Source: Clostridia bacterium (GTDB taxonomy: Bacteria; Bacillota; Clostridia; RGIG6154). From it: DNA of 64,000 nucleotides. Positions 51,119 through 60,819 of this stretch are shown here, piece by piece. The position numbers and the translations under genes were made by a program. Under the pieces are notes generated by a model. The model saw nothing but the letters and a program-made list of their open reading frames with translations, was not told the DNA's origin and made no database searches. Numbering within the stretch: position 1 is the first letter of the stretch; each line of letters opens with the position of its first letter. The stretch spans positions 128,001 to 192,000 of the forward strand of contig JAZNOU010000012.1 in the NCBI GenBank assembly GCA_045589295.1, written 5' to 3'.

Positions 51119-51811
51119 ATGGAAGAAAGAGAAATTGATATCTGGGGACTAATACAGTCAATAATTAAGAGATGGTGGATTGTTGCTATTATCACTGTTA
51201 TAGTCGGAACAACAGGTTTTACATATTCAAAATTTGCAATCACTCCTTTGTATGCGGCAAAAGGAACACTTTATATTACCGTAGACAATACTGCCTCCTT
51301 GCAAGGTGGAACAAGTCTTGATTACAACTCAATTTTGGCGGCACAGGAGCTTACAAAAACATATTCTTTAATACTTTCAAGTAATACATTCTACAGAATT
51401 GTTGCTGCAGAAAGCGGACTTGACTACAGCTATAAAGAAATTTCAAGAATGGTTACAATGGGCAACGAAAATGACAGTGAAATTATGTCGATTACAGCAA
51501 AATGTGCAAATAGAGAACACGCAGCTATTATTGTTGAAACTATACTTAACAATGCACAGGCAGAAATTTCAAGAGTGGTTATTGGCGGAAGTGTAAGAAT
51601 TATTGACCATCCTGAACTTCCTAACGGACACTCATATCCTAACGTAACAAAGAACACATTCTTATGCTTGGCGCTTGGTGTTATCTTAGGTTGTGCTCTT
51701 GCAATTTTCATTGAATGGCTTGATGATACAATCAAGAGTGATGAGGATGTGCTGAAGTTTGGCATCCCGATATTAGCAGTTATCCCGCTTTTAGAAACAA
51801 AAAGCGAGTAA
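51119..51811 (+). CDS. Wzz/CpsC(CapA)-type polysaccharide co-polymerase / BY-kinase modulator
   Basis: EIDIWGL, two TM helices flanking an extracellular loop, IIDHP..P..PN, LDDTIKS, GIPILAVIP. Confidence 0.85.
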   Translation: MEEREIDIWGLIQSIIKRWWIVAIITVIVGTTGFTYSKFAITPLYAAKGTLYITVDNTASLQGGTSLDYNSILAAQELTKTYSLILSSNTFYRIVAAESGLDYSYKEISRMVTMGNENDSEIMSITAKCANREHAAIIVETILNNAQAEISRVVIGGSVRIIDHPELPNGHSYPNVTKNTFLCLALGVILGCALAIFIEWLDDTIKSDEDVLKFGIPILAVIPLLETKSE

Positions 51812-51851
51812 AAAAAGACAGTAAAATTTTTCAGAAAGGGTGAGAGAAGAT

Positions 51852-54800
51852 ATGAGAAAGCGTGTAAAATCGCTTATTGGCATGATTATTGCAATGACTA
51901 TGATCTTGCCGACGGCTTTGCCGGTGACAACTCCTGTTTCGGCACAAAATTCCTACGGATTTAATGATTTTCCTACCGGATGGTCAGCACCTGCAATGTC
52001 ACATGCAGTTGAAAACGGATTGATATACGGAAAATCCGAAGACCGTATATGTCCTACAGATAATTTAACTAGAGCGGAAATGGCTACAATCATTAACCGT
52101 GCATTCGGTGCTACGGTGGAAAAGGATATTTCGGCATTTTCAGATGTAGCTCAGTCAGCTTGGTATTACAATGAAATAAAAAAGGCATACAATATGCAAA
52201 CCCTTTATGGTGATGCAGGCGGCACTATGCGTCCCGATGCCTTTATTATAAGAGAAGAAGCCATAGCGATTGTTGCAAGAGCTATGGTTTTAAGTGGTTA
52301 TTCGGCTTCTAATCTTGATAAGTTTAATGATAAAGACCAAATTGCAGATTGGGCAGTAGATCCGCTGGCTTCAATGGTAGCAAACGGCTACGTTAACGGC
52401 GATGAAAAGTCTAATATGAATCCGAAGGCATTCATTACCAGAGAAGAATTTGCTCAGCTTTTACATAATATTGTTAAGCATTATTATGATGCTGAAGATG
52501 GCGTAACAACATTCAACGGGAATGTTATGATTAATGAACCGACCACTTCATTGAGTGATTTGGTTGTTAATGGCGATCTTATTTTGGGTGATGGTGTTGG
52601 AACAAGCAACATTGTTCTAAAAAATGTTAAAGTAACAGGTCGTATCCTTATCAGAGGCGCAACCCATATTTCGTTTAAAAACAGCAACTTTGGTGGCGGC
52701 GTTACAGTTAAAAATGTTAATGATGTGGTACATTTTGATCATTTTAGTGATGAAGTGCATTTTAATGATATGCAAGATCACACAGAGGTCACATTTAAGA
52801 AGAAAACTACCGGCGGTGGCGGTGGTGGAACTCCTCCGGCACCTACAACTGCTAGTTATAAAGTGGAACACTATCAGGAAGCTTTGGATGGAAGTTTTGC
52901 AGTTTTTGAAACAGAAACCCTTTCAGGCAGTATTGGTGCAAGTGTTACAGCAGTAGCTAAAACCTATACAGGTTTTAGCGAAGATACTGTAAATCCATCA
53001 AGAGTTGCAACAGGCACTGTTGTATCTGATGGTTCTTTGACTCTTAAGCTTTTTTACACAAGAAACAGTTATACAGTAACATTTGATGCTCGCGGCGGTG
53101 CTATTTCAGGCACACCGAAAACTGTTTATAAATTCGGTGAAACATTAGAACTCCCTGTACCTACAAAAGGAACAGACACATTTGGCGGGTGGTGGACAGC
53201 GCTAAATGGAACAGGAACAAAAATTGAAAATACAAGCGTATTGGGAACAGATATTACATCTGCTGCCATTACTGTTTATGCGCATTGGATACCTGCAGCT
53301 CCGACTCCCACAGCTACGACGTTTACAGTAAAACATTTGTTTGAAAAACTTGACGGAACTTATGAAACTAAAGCAGAACGCGGAGATGAACTTAACGTTG
53401 CCGGTGATATAACGGTTTCAATCGTTCCTGAAAATTACAGAAATCCGATTGCGGGATTTAATTATTTTGATTATAGCTTTGACGGAACAGACAATGCAGG
53501 CATGCCAAAAGCAGATGGAAGCACTGTTCTTAATATCCGTTATAATAGAAAGAGCTACGACATCGTATATAACTATGGTGAAGCAGGCGGAAGCAACACA
53601 GTTTCATTTAGATATGGTGAAAGTGTAGATCTTTCAATTCCGACAGTTACACCACCTGTAGGTAAGTATTTTGCAGGTTGGTATGATGCACTTGTTGGCG
53701 GCACACAGGTAACATTCCTTGAAACACCTGTTGGCGGAACAACAATTTATGCACGTTGGGCAGAAGATGTTGGAGTTTATACTGTTGAATTCTATCAGCA
53801 GAATTTGGATGGAACTTACACCCAAGTAACTGCGGACACTTTATCAGGACTTACTGGTGTAGTAGGAACAGATGTAAGTGTGGATAAAAATTCGACCACA
53901 ATCAAAGATAAGTATATAGGTTTTGAAGTTAATGAAACAGAAAGTACACTCACACAAAGACTTGCTAAAACAGGCACAGTACTTAAAGTTTATTATGACA
54001 GAAAGATTTATACAATCGATTACGACTTTGATGGCGGTTATGCAGATGGAACATATACTGATACATTTATGTATGGCCAAACCGTTGCGCTTGCCAAAGG
54101 TAAAAATAGCAATGGCAAGGTTTTAGGCGGTTGGTTTACCGATTTAGATGGTAATGGCACACAGGTAACAGATACTGCAAATATTGATGCTATCTTAGGC
54201 GCGCTCACAGGCAATACAATCACACTTTATGCTTATTGGGTAGAAGAAATAGGCGAATATTCTGTTGAATTCTATCAGGAAACTTTAGATGGTGCTGATT
54301 ATACTCTTGTTGCAGCTGACACTATTGTCGGTCTTACAGGAACAGTCGGCGAGAAAGTAGCTATTGATGCAACAATAGATGAAGTTAAGAATAAATATTC
54401 AGGCTTTACAGTAAACGTTGCAAAGAGTGAACTTTCAAAAACACTTGCTAAAGAGGGCACAGTTCTTAAAGTTTACTACGACAGAAATATTTATACCTTG
54501 TATTACAATTATAGCGATGCTGATACTGTGGGAATTGGAAGTGCGACCTTTAAACATGGTCAGAATATCACATTCCCTGATGAATCAACATTCAATAAAG
54601 AATCATTTAGCTTTGCAGGCTGGTACACAACCCAGGACTTTAAAGATGATGAAGTTGTAGATACAGGCAATACAATCGAACAGATTATAGACATTGCAAA
54701 TGGTGAAACAGAAACTACCATATATGCTAAATGGGCAAAATTCTTCACAGTAACATTCAGAGAGGGTGCAAAAATAGGAACGTACACAGTTGATCCTGCT

Positions 54801-57800
54801 GTTGAAAACACAGTTCCGTATTCTGCATTCCCTTACGACAAACTTGTTGAACGTTATAAGACAGGTTACTTTGAAGATGAATCTGTATCTTCTGTATACG
54901 CAGGTAATGAGTATAAACACACATTTGAAGGACAGTGGTACTACACAGATGAAAACGGCAACGATGTCGTATTTACAGACGAAACAATTGTAGACCGCGA
55001 TCTTACAGTAAGATATAAATTCAGATATGTGAGACTGGAACTTTTTGTTGAGAAATTAGGTCATAACCTTGTACTTGAGGTGCCTTTTGAAGAAAGTACA
55101 AGAATTATCGACACAATTAAAGATGAATTGTTTGTAAATCAGGAAAAAATACTTTTGGTTGCAGATGAAGTTGATGCAAGAAGCAAGTTTATGGCGTTGA
55201 ACCTTAAGTTGGTTAACTTCCTTGACAGTAAGGGAATTGAAATAGTTGAACCTGGTATGATTTTCGCCGAAGATGGCGAAATCTTAAAGCAACATATCAG
55301 ATTTAATGCATTTGCATATCTTGATGAAGCAAGTGTTAAGACTGTTGTTGTAAACGCAATCAGAACAACATTCAAAAATGATCCTTTAAGAATGCGTGGC
55401 GTTATCGATGAAATGATGACAGAACAGGATGAAGACGTTGTTAACCTTATGGATACAATGCTTGTATCTATGCTTTCAGGTTCAGATGCTGCAAGAATCA
55501 AGGGTATTATTGCAGATGCGGTGGAAGATGCGGTTGCAAATGATACAACCGGTGAGTTCAAAAACAAAATTAAAGACATCATAACAACACAGCTTGATGC
55601 AGGTAATACAACAGTTGAAACAAGCATTAAAAAGGCAATTAAAGATTACTTTATGAACAGCGCAAATGATGCTAAAATCAGAGAAATCGTTTCAGACCTT
55701 ATTGATGATGCTTATAAAACTGATGATGAAACCGATCCGGTAAGGAATTTCGTGAAGAGTTACATAAAGACATATCTTAACGAAAACCCAACAGTTTTAG
55801 ATGATATGATCAGAGAAATGGGCGAAAATTTAGATCCTAATGATCCTAACGATGCGCACATTATTGATCTTATTCATGAAGTTTTAGACGAAAATGTAAT
55901 ATATCTTGAAAAACTTGTTGATGATGCTATCAAGAACCTTAAAAACACAATAGGCGAACCAATACACAGCTTTATCGTTGATGCCATCACAACAGAGCTT
56001 TCAACTAATGCTGCTGAGCTTGATATTTTGATTGATGAAATCTCAAATGCAAACGTAACTGATATTAAGTCGGTGCTTGCAACAGTTATGGAAGATAACG
56101 ATACATTTGAAATTATTGTTAAAGATGCAATTGCCGATGAAGCGGTATTTAATAAGGTTATCAAAGCTGCTCTTGACAACGCAAGTGTATTTGATGCAAT
56201 CGTAAGCGAACTTTGCAGCGGCGATACGAGCTTCTATAATATGCTTGTAGACATTGCACTTTCGTCAGATTCACTTAAGGGCGAGGTTAAAAATGCAGTT
56301 GTTAATAATGATGATGCACTTATAAGCGTACTTAATGAAGTGGCATCTGATGCTTCACTTAAAGCTGAAATGGTTGAAGAAATTTTAGTTGCTTCTGATG
56401 CTAAGCTTAAAGATCAGCTTACAAGCCCGCTTTCTATAACATCGGATTATTATGCAGACGTTAAAGCTCAGGCACTCAGTCAGGCTGAAACTGAAATAAT
56501 AGGCATAATCGAAACAGGTATCAATGAAGATGAACACCCAGATTACTGGCCGATTGCTTTTGAAAAGGCTATGGAAATAGCAGAAGCAAGAGTTAGACAG
56601 GATCTTATTGCTGGCAGTGTTGATCCTAACGGTTCACTTTGGGATACAATGTATGCAGAGGCAATGGCTCAAGCAGCAATTGATGTCAAAGCAGAGCTTA
56701 ACGGAGGTATTACTGATGCTTCAGAATACTACGCAGCTGCTGTAAATGGTGCTAAAGAGCAGGCAGAAAAAGAAATTACAGACTTACTTTCAACAGGTAT
56801 TACTGAGGGTAGCAAGTACTGGGATGTTGCATATAGTACTGCAAAAGGAATTCTTAGAACCGAAATTGACACATCATTCGATTCAAAGATTGTAGAAATC
56901 AAGACAGATGCTAATCTTAAAGCACAGGTGGTAGCTTGGGCACAGACAGCGATTAATAACACTAATATAGAAAGTGCTATTAAGAACTATGCTAAAGGCT
57001 TGGCTACAAGCACAGACTCTGCGGATGTTAGCCTTAGAACATCAATTATTGACACTGTAATCAATACAGCAGATAGCTTAGAACCAGGTAAAAAAGAGAC
57101 ATTGGTTAGTGATATTATCACAGAGCTTTTGAAACCTGCAAATGCAACAGTTAAAGAGACTGTTGAAAACAAGGCTATTGAAGTATTAAACAGAGCTGAA
57201 AACAATGCACTTAAAACTACGCTTATCGATAGTGTGCTTGAAGATATCTTTGCTGACAACACACTTAAAGGCGATTTGATTGCAAGACTTAAGACTAAGG
57301 TTAAGGACCCTGCACAGGAAGCATTTAAGTTAACTGTTATTAGCGAAGCTATCAATGCAGTTGTTAATGATAGCTCAGTTAATGCAAGGGCAGTTATAAT
57401 AATAAATGACCTGATTGAAACAGATACTGCATTTAAGGCAGACATTATAGAGCACATCGTCGACTATATCTTAGAAGATGCTACTGTTAGAGCTGAAGCT
57501 ATGGAAAAGGTTGTCGAAATGATTGAAGATCCGGAAGATGACAGCCATAAGCAGGAAGCAATCGACTTTGCGTTTGACACCCTTAAGGGCGACACAACGA
57601 AACGTGCAGAAATTGTGGATAAGTTCTTAACAAACATCTTAGGTAATAATGACAAGAGAGAAGATATGGCAACAGAAGTTATCGACATTATGTTCTCTAA
57701 CGATACCTTAAGAAATAGGATTTTAGATCTTGGGTTCGAACAGATGTTCGCAGGTGAAGATACAATTGCAGAAATTGTTTCACTTGCACTCGACGAACTC

Positions 57801-59066
57801 ATTAGTGACGATACCGTAAGACGTGATATGATTATTGCAGTAATCAGCACTGAAAGCGGAAGAAGAAAGATTTTAGACATTCTCTTTGATGAACTTGAAA
57901 GGGATCCTGAGTTCATTGACGAAATAGTTGACATCGCAATGAACGGCAAGTATGGCGATTTGGTTGATATATTTGTATCCGACCTTATTTACAACGGAAA
58001 GATTCAGATTAATCCAGACAACAGACAAATCGCAGAAGAAATCGTTCTTCCAATGTTAGACGACATTTCTCTTGATACTGTTTTAGGCAAATTGCCCGCA
58101 AAAGTTACAGATGTTTTACCAACATCTGTAATCGAAAAGGCGTTTAACAAGTTTAAGTCAAAAGCAAGAGAACTTTTGGTTGAAGGTATAAATGAAGCTA
58201 AAGAAGGCAACTGGAAAGACATTTCAGTTATGGTGGACAACGAGCTTGATATAATTAATGAAGTTTTAGTTCCGCTTTATAATAAAGTATTCCCGAAAGT
58301 TGTTGACAAAGCTGAGGACTTCTACTACTACAACGAAAATGTTTACTTAAAAGCAATAGTTGACATGATTGACCCTGAGTTCTTGCTTGATAACACAAAA
58401 CCGGCATCAATTGGTGGAACAGGATACAGATTAAGAACAACAGAAGAATATTATGAAATTATCAGAAATATCTCTGTTTTAGTTGATGATGCAGCAAACT
58501 GGTATATGGAAAACATTTCTGATGACCAGATTAACGGTGCTATTGACAAAGTTGCAGGAAAAGTTAATACTTTACTTGCAAAGGTTAATGGACTTGTGGG
58601 CGGAAGAATACCAATGTCTAAGATTGACAAAGTGGTTGAATACACCAAGAAGGCTCTTGATAAGAGAGAAAGCGTTTATAATATTACAACAAATGGTGTA
58701 TTTGAAAAGGTTGACAAGGTTTATAACAAGCTTATTGAAATTGTTAAAAACAAAACCGGTGTTGATATTACTAAGTCTACTACGATAGAAGTTACTTTTG
58801 ACGGAAGTGAAATCGACGTAAACGGTAAGGATGTCAACATTGACAATCGTAAGATAAGCATCAGTGTTAAAGGTTACAAATTTGAACTTGATTCAGAATC
58901 AATCACAGCACTTAACAAAACTGTTAATATTGACAGATTTGTTCAAAAAGCTGCCGATTTATTCGGAACAAGAAGTGTAACATTTAAAATTATAAATGAT
59001 GCTCCGTACAGCTACGGTGCTTATGTGGGCAATAACTACATAAAGTTAGCTGCTGAGTACAAATAA
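51852..59066 (+). CDS. Giant (~2400 aa) SLH-anchored surface protein with tandem beta repeats and a long helical region
   Basis: Signal peptide, 3 SLH, Gly6 linker, about 4 units of MucBP-like plus Listeria-Bacteroides (InlB B)-like repeats, then an acidic helical region; ATG at 51852 fits the RBS better than GTG at 51840. Confidence 0.88.
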   Translation: MRKRVKSLIGMIIAMTMILPTALPVTTPVSAQNSYGFNDFPTGWSAPAMSHAVENGLIYGKSEDRICPTDNLTRAEMATIINRAFGATVEKDISAFSDVAQSAWYYNEIKKAYNMQTLYGDAGGTMRPDAFIIREEAIAIVARAMVLSGYSASNLDKFNDKDQIADWAVDPLASMVANGYVNGDEKSNMNPKAFITREEFAQLLHNIVKHYYDAEDGVTTFNGNVMINEPTTSLSDLVVNGDLILGDGVGTSNIVLKNVKVTGRILIRGATHISFKNSNFGGGVTVKNVNDVVHFDHFSDEVHFNDMQDHTEVTFKKKTTGGGGGGTPPAPTTASYKVEHYQEALDGSFAVFETETLSGSIGASVTAVAKTYTGFSEDTVNPSRVATGTVVSDGSLTLKLFYTRNSYTVTFDARGGAISGTPKTVYKFGETLELPVPTKGTDTFGGWWTALNGTGTKIENTSVLGTDITSAAITVYAHWIPAAPTPTATTFTVKHLFEKLDGTYETKAERGDELNVAGDITVSIVPENYRNPIAGFNYFDYSFDGTDNAGMPKADGSTVLNIRYNRKSYDIVYNYGEAGGSNTVSFRYGESVDLSIPTVTPPVGKYFAGWYDALVGGTQVTFLETPVGGTTIYARWAEDVGVYTVEFYQQNLDGTYTQVTADTLSGLTGVVGTDVSVDKNSTTIKDKYIGFEVNETESTLTQRLAKTGTVLKVYYDRKIYTIDYDFDGGYADGTYTDTFMYGQTVALAKGKNSNGKVLGGWFTDLDGNGTQVTDTANIDAILGALTGNTITLYAYWVEEIGEYSVEFYQETLDGADYTLVAADTIVGLTGTVGEKVAIDATIDEVKNKYSGFTVNVAKSELSKTLAKEGTVLKVYYDRNIYTLYYNYSDADTVGIGSATFKHGQNITFPDESTFNKESFSFAGWYTTQDFKDDEVVDTGNTIEQIIDIANGETETTIYAKWAKFFTVTFREGAKIGTYTVDPAVENTVPYSAFPYDKLVERYKTGYFEDESVSSVYAGNEYKHTFEGQWYYTDENGNDVVFTDETIVDRDLTVRYKFRYVRLELFVEKLGHNLVLEVPFEESTRIIDTIKDELFVNQEKILLVADEVDARSKFMALNLKLVNFLDSKGIEIVEPGMIFAEDGEILKQHIRFNAFAYLDEASVKTVVVNAIRTTFKNDPLRMRGVIDEMMTEQDEDVVNLMDTMLVSMLSGSDAARIKGIIADAVEDAVANDTTGEFKNKIKDIITTQLDAGNTTVETSIKKAIKDYFMNSANDAKIREIVSDLIDDAYKTDDETDPVRNFVKSYIKTYLNENPTVLDDMIREMGENLDPNDPNDAHIIDLIHEVLDENVIYLEKLVDDAIKNLKNTIGEPIHSFIVDAITTELSTNAAELDILIDEISNANVTDIKSVLATVMEDNDTFEIIVKDAIADEAVFNKVIKAALDNASVFDAIVSELCSGDTSFYNMLVDIALSSDSLKGEVKNAVVNNDDALISVLNEVASDASLKAEMVEEILVASDAKLKDQLTSPLSITSDYYADVKAQALSQAETEIIGIIETGINEDEHPDYWPIAFEKAMEIAEARVRQDLIAGSVDPNGSLWDTMYAEAMAQAAIDVKAELNGGITDASEYYAAAVNGAKEQAEKEITDLLSTGITEGSKYWDVAYSTAKGILRTEIDTSFDSKIVEIKTDANLKAQVVAWAQTAINNTNIESAIKNYAKGLATSTDSADVSLRTSIIDTVINTADSLEPGKKETLVSDIITELLKPANATVKETVENKAIEVLNRAENNALKTTLIDSVLEDIFADNTLKGDLIARLKTKVKDPAQEAFKLTVISEAINAVVNDSSVNARAVIIINDLIETDTAFKADIIEHIVDYILEDATVRAEAMEKVVEMIEDPEDDSHKQEAIDFAFDTLKGDTTKRAEIVDKFLTNILGNNDKREDMATEVIDIMFSNDTLRNRILDLGFEQMFAGEDTIAEIVSLALDELISDDTVRRDMIIAVISTESGRRKILDILFDELERDPEFIDEIVDIAMNGKYGDLVDIFVSDLIYNGKIQINPDNRQIAEEIVLPMLDDISLDTVLGKLPAKVTDVLPTSVIEKAFNKFKSKARELLVEGINEAKEGNWKDISVMVDNELDIINEVLVPLYNKVFPKVVDKAEDFYYYNENVYLKAIVDMIDPEFLLDNTKPASIGGTGYRLRTTEEYYEIIRNISVLVDDAANWYMENISDDQINGAIDKVAGKVNTLLAKVNGLVGGRIPMSKIDKVVEYTKKALDKRESVYNITTNGVFEKVDKVYNKLIEIVKNKTGVDITKSTTIEVTFDGSEIDVNGKDVNIDNRKISISVKGYKFELDSESITALNKTVNIDRFVQKAADLFGTRSVTFKIINDAPYSYGAYVGNNYIKLAAEYK
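53770..54740 (+). repeat. Intragenic tandem duplication, ~480-nt unit
   Basis: ctgttgaattctatcag at ~53782 and ~54262; acttgctaaa..ggcacagt.cttaaagttta at ~53960 and ~54443. Confidence 0.75.
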
Positions 59067-59075
59067 TTAATGGTC

Positions 59076-59104
59076 AGCGGGTAAACAGTATAAGTTTACC
59101 CGCT
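59076..59104 (+). terminator. Strong stem-loop after the giant gene (terminator or mRNA stabiliser)
   Basis: agcgggtaaac-7 nt-gtttacccgct with a weak U tract. Confidence 0.65.
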
Positions 59105-59131
59105 TGATTAAAAAAGAGAGGATGATACATT

Positions 59132-60697
59132 TTGAAAAAAGCATTATGTCTTGTTTTAGCTTTAATGTTATGTCTTCCATCTGTGGTTGCTTTTGCAGAC
59201 ATAGAAGGAACTGTACAGGGCGATATAATGCTCACTTCAACAGAGGGCGAAGCTTTGCCTGAGGATAAAGAAACTGCAACTGAAACATCAGATGCGCTTA
59301 AGTTCAGCGATATTATTGCAGATTCGGTTCTTGGTGAGGCTGTATACAAGCTTGTTGATGCAAAGGTGATATCGGGGTATCCTGATGGCACATTCAGACC
59401 TGATTCAGGGGTGACTCGTGCCGAACTTTGTAAAATGATAAATCTGGTTTATGATTTAGATGTAAAAGCGACAAGTATGTCTTTTAAAGATGTAACAGAA
59501 GAAGACTGGTATTATGATTACGTTTTGGTTGCGGTCCAGGCGGGATATATTAAAGGCTTTACAGATAACACATTCAGAGGGGACGACCCTGTTACAAGAG
59601 AACAGGCGTGTGCTATTATAAACAGAGTAACAACAGCAAAAGGTGCAAGTCTTTTTGACTTACCTTTTACAGATAACATAACAGATGCTGTGTCAGATTG
59701 GGCATTGGAAGATGTTAAAAAAATTATTGCAAACTATGTAATGCCTTTGGAAGCAGGCGGTAAATTCCGTGCAACAGAGGATATTACAAGAGGCGAGCTT
59801 GCGCTTGCATTAGAAGGTTTTGTTGTTATAGTTCCTGAATATACAGTAACTTTTGAAACAAATGGAGGAAGTGAGATTGCTTCTGTTGTGGTTAAAGAGG
59901 GTAAAACAGTTGCAAAACCTGAAGATCCGAAAAAAGATAACTATACTTTCAATGGTTGGTATACAGACAGTAAGCTTAAAACTGCTTATGATTTTGAAAA
60001 AACGGTTTCAGATAACATTACACTTTATGCAAAATGGCAGGCAAAAGTAACAGGCGGTGGCGGTGGAGGAGTTTATATTCCGCCTTCAGGTGGTACACCT
60101 TCATCGTACACAGTAACCTTTAATTCAAAAGGCGGCAGTGCAGTTGACAGCGTAACGGTTACATCGGGCGCAACAATTTCAGCACCTGCAGAGCCTACAA
60201 AAGAAATGAAAGTGTTTACAGGCTGGTATACAGACTCTGCTTGCACAAATCTTTTTGATTTTACAACTCCAATAACAGGCAATATTACGCTTTATGCGGG
60301 TTGGGAAGATGACCATGCGGCTATGAATGGTCAAAAAATATCCGACCTTACAATATTTAAAGAGGCGTTGGTTGCTACTACATTTGACATTCAGCCTCAT
60401 ACAGACATGGCAAGCATAATTGTTTCCACGTTTGAAAGTGTGATTTCTGATGGTGAGTCCGGAATAATTCTTACAAATGACTATATTAAAACAACGTACG
60501 AAGCAAATATGCTCCAGATAAAAGATATTTGGGAGAATCAGCTGTTTGTAGATACATTCTCAGACGAGCAACAGGATTTTAAAGATAAAATAGCGCTTGT
60601 TTTAACAGATGCACAAGCAAACGGCTATTCAATGTCACTTTCAGAAACTTATGTATTGTTCAGAACAATAATAGGTGATTTTATAAATTGGGAATAA
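59132..60697 (+). CDS. SLH protein with two Listeria-Bacteroides (InlB B)-type repeats
   Basis: Signal peptide, GYPDGTFRP/TRAE, TREQ, TRGE; two YTVTF..GGS...F.GWYTD...ITLYA.W repeats separated by TGGGGGG. Confidence 0.88.
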   Translation: MKKALCLVLALMLCLPSVVAFADIEGTVQGDIMLTSTEGEALPEDKETATETSDALKFSDIIADSVLGEAVYKLVDAKVISGYPDGTFRPDSGVTRAELCKMINLVYDLDVKATSMSFKDVTEEDWYYDYVLVAVQAGYIKGFTDNTFRGDDPVTREQACAIINRVTTAKGASLFDLPFTDNITDAVSDWALEDVKKIIANYVMPLEAGGKFRATEDITRGELALALEGFVVIVPEYTVTFETNGGSEIASVVVKEGKTVAKPEDPKKDNYTFNGWYTDSKLKTAYDFEKTVSDNITLYAKWQAKVTGGGGGGVYIPPSGGTPSSYTVTFNSKGGSAVDSVTVTSGATISAPAEPTKEMKVFTGWYTDSACTNLFDFTTPITGNITLYAGWEDDHAAMNGQKISDLTIFKEALVATTFDIQPHTDMASIIVSTFESVISDGESGIILTNDYIKTTYEANMLQIKDIWENQLFVDTFSDEQQDFKDKIALVLTDAQANGYSMSLSETYVLFRTIIGDFINWE

Positions 60698-60703
60698 GTT
60701 GTT

Positions 60704-60736
60704 AAAAGGTGAAAGTTTTATCTTTCGCCTTTTTTA
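60704..60736 (+). terminator. Intrinsic terminator ending the surface operon
   Basis: aaaaggtgaaag ... ctttcgccttttt. Confidence 0.75.
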
Positions 60737-60751
60737 TGTACTAAAATACTA

Positions 60752-60780
60752 TTGACTTTATTTGCTAAATATTATATAAT
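60752..60780 (+). promoter_or_regulatory. Sigma-A promoter for secDF
   Basis: TTGACT-17 nt-TATAAT. Confidence 0.8.
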
Positions 60781-60819
60781 ATTTATACATGTGGACAAAG
60801 TTTTAAGGAGGAAAAAAGC

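Noticed and set aside
55139-58648. Series of antisense ORFs inside the giant gene
   Set aside because: Ser/Ile-rich shadows of the biased sense codons with no RBS; the same applies to the other nested short ORFs in the track
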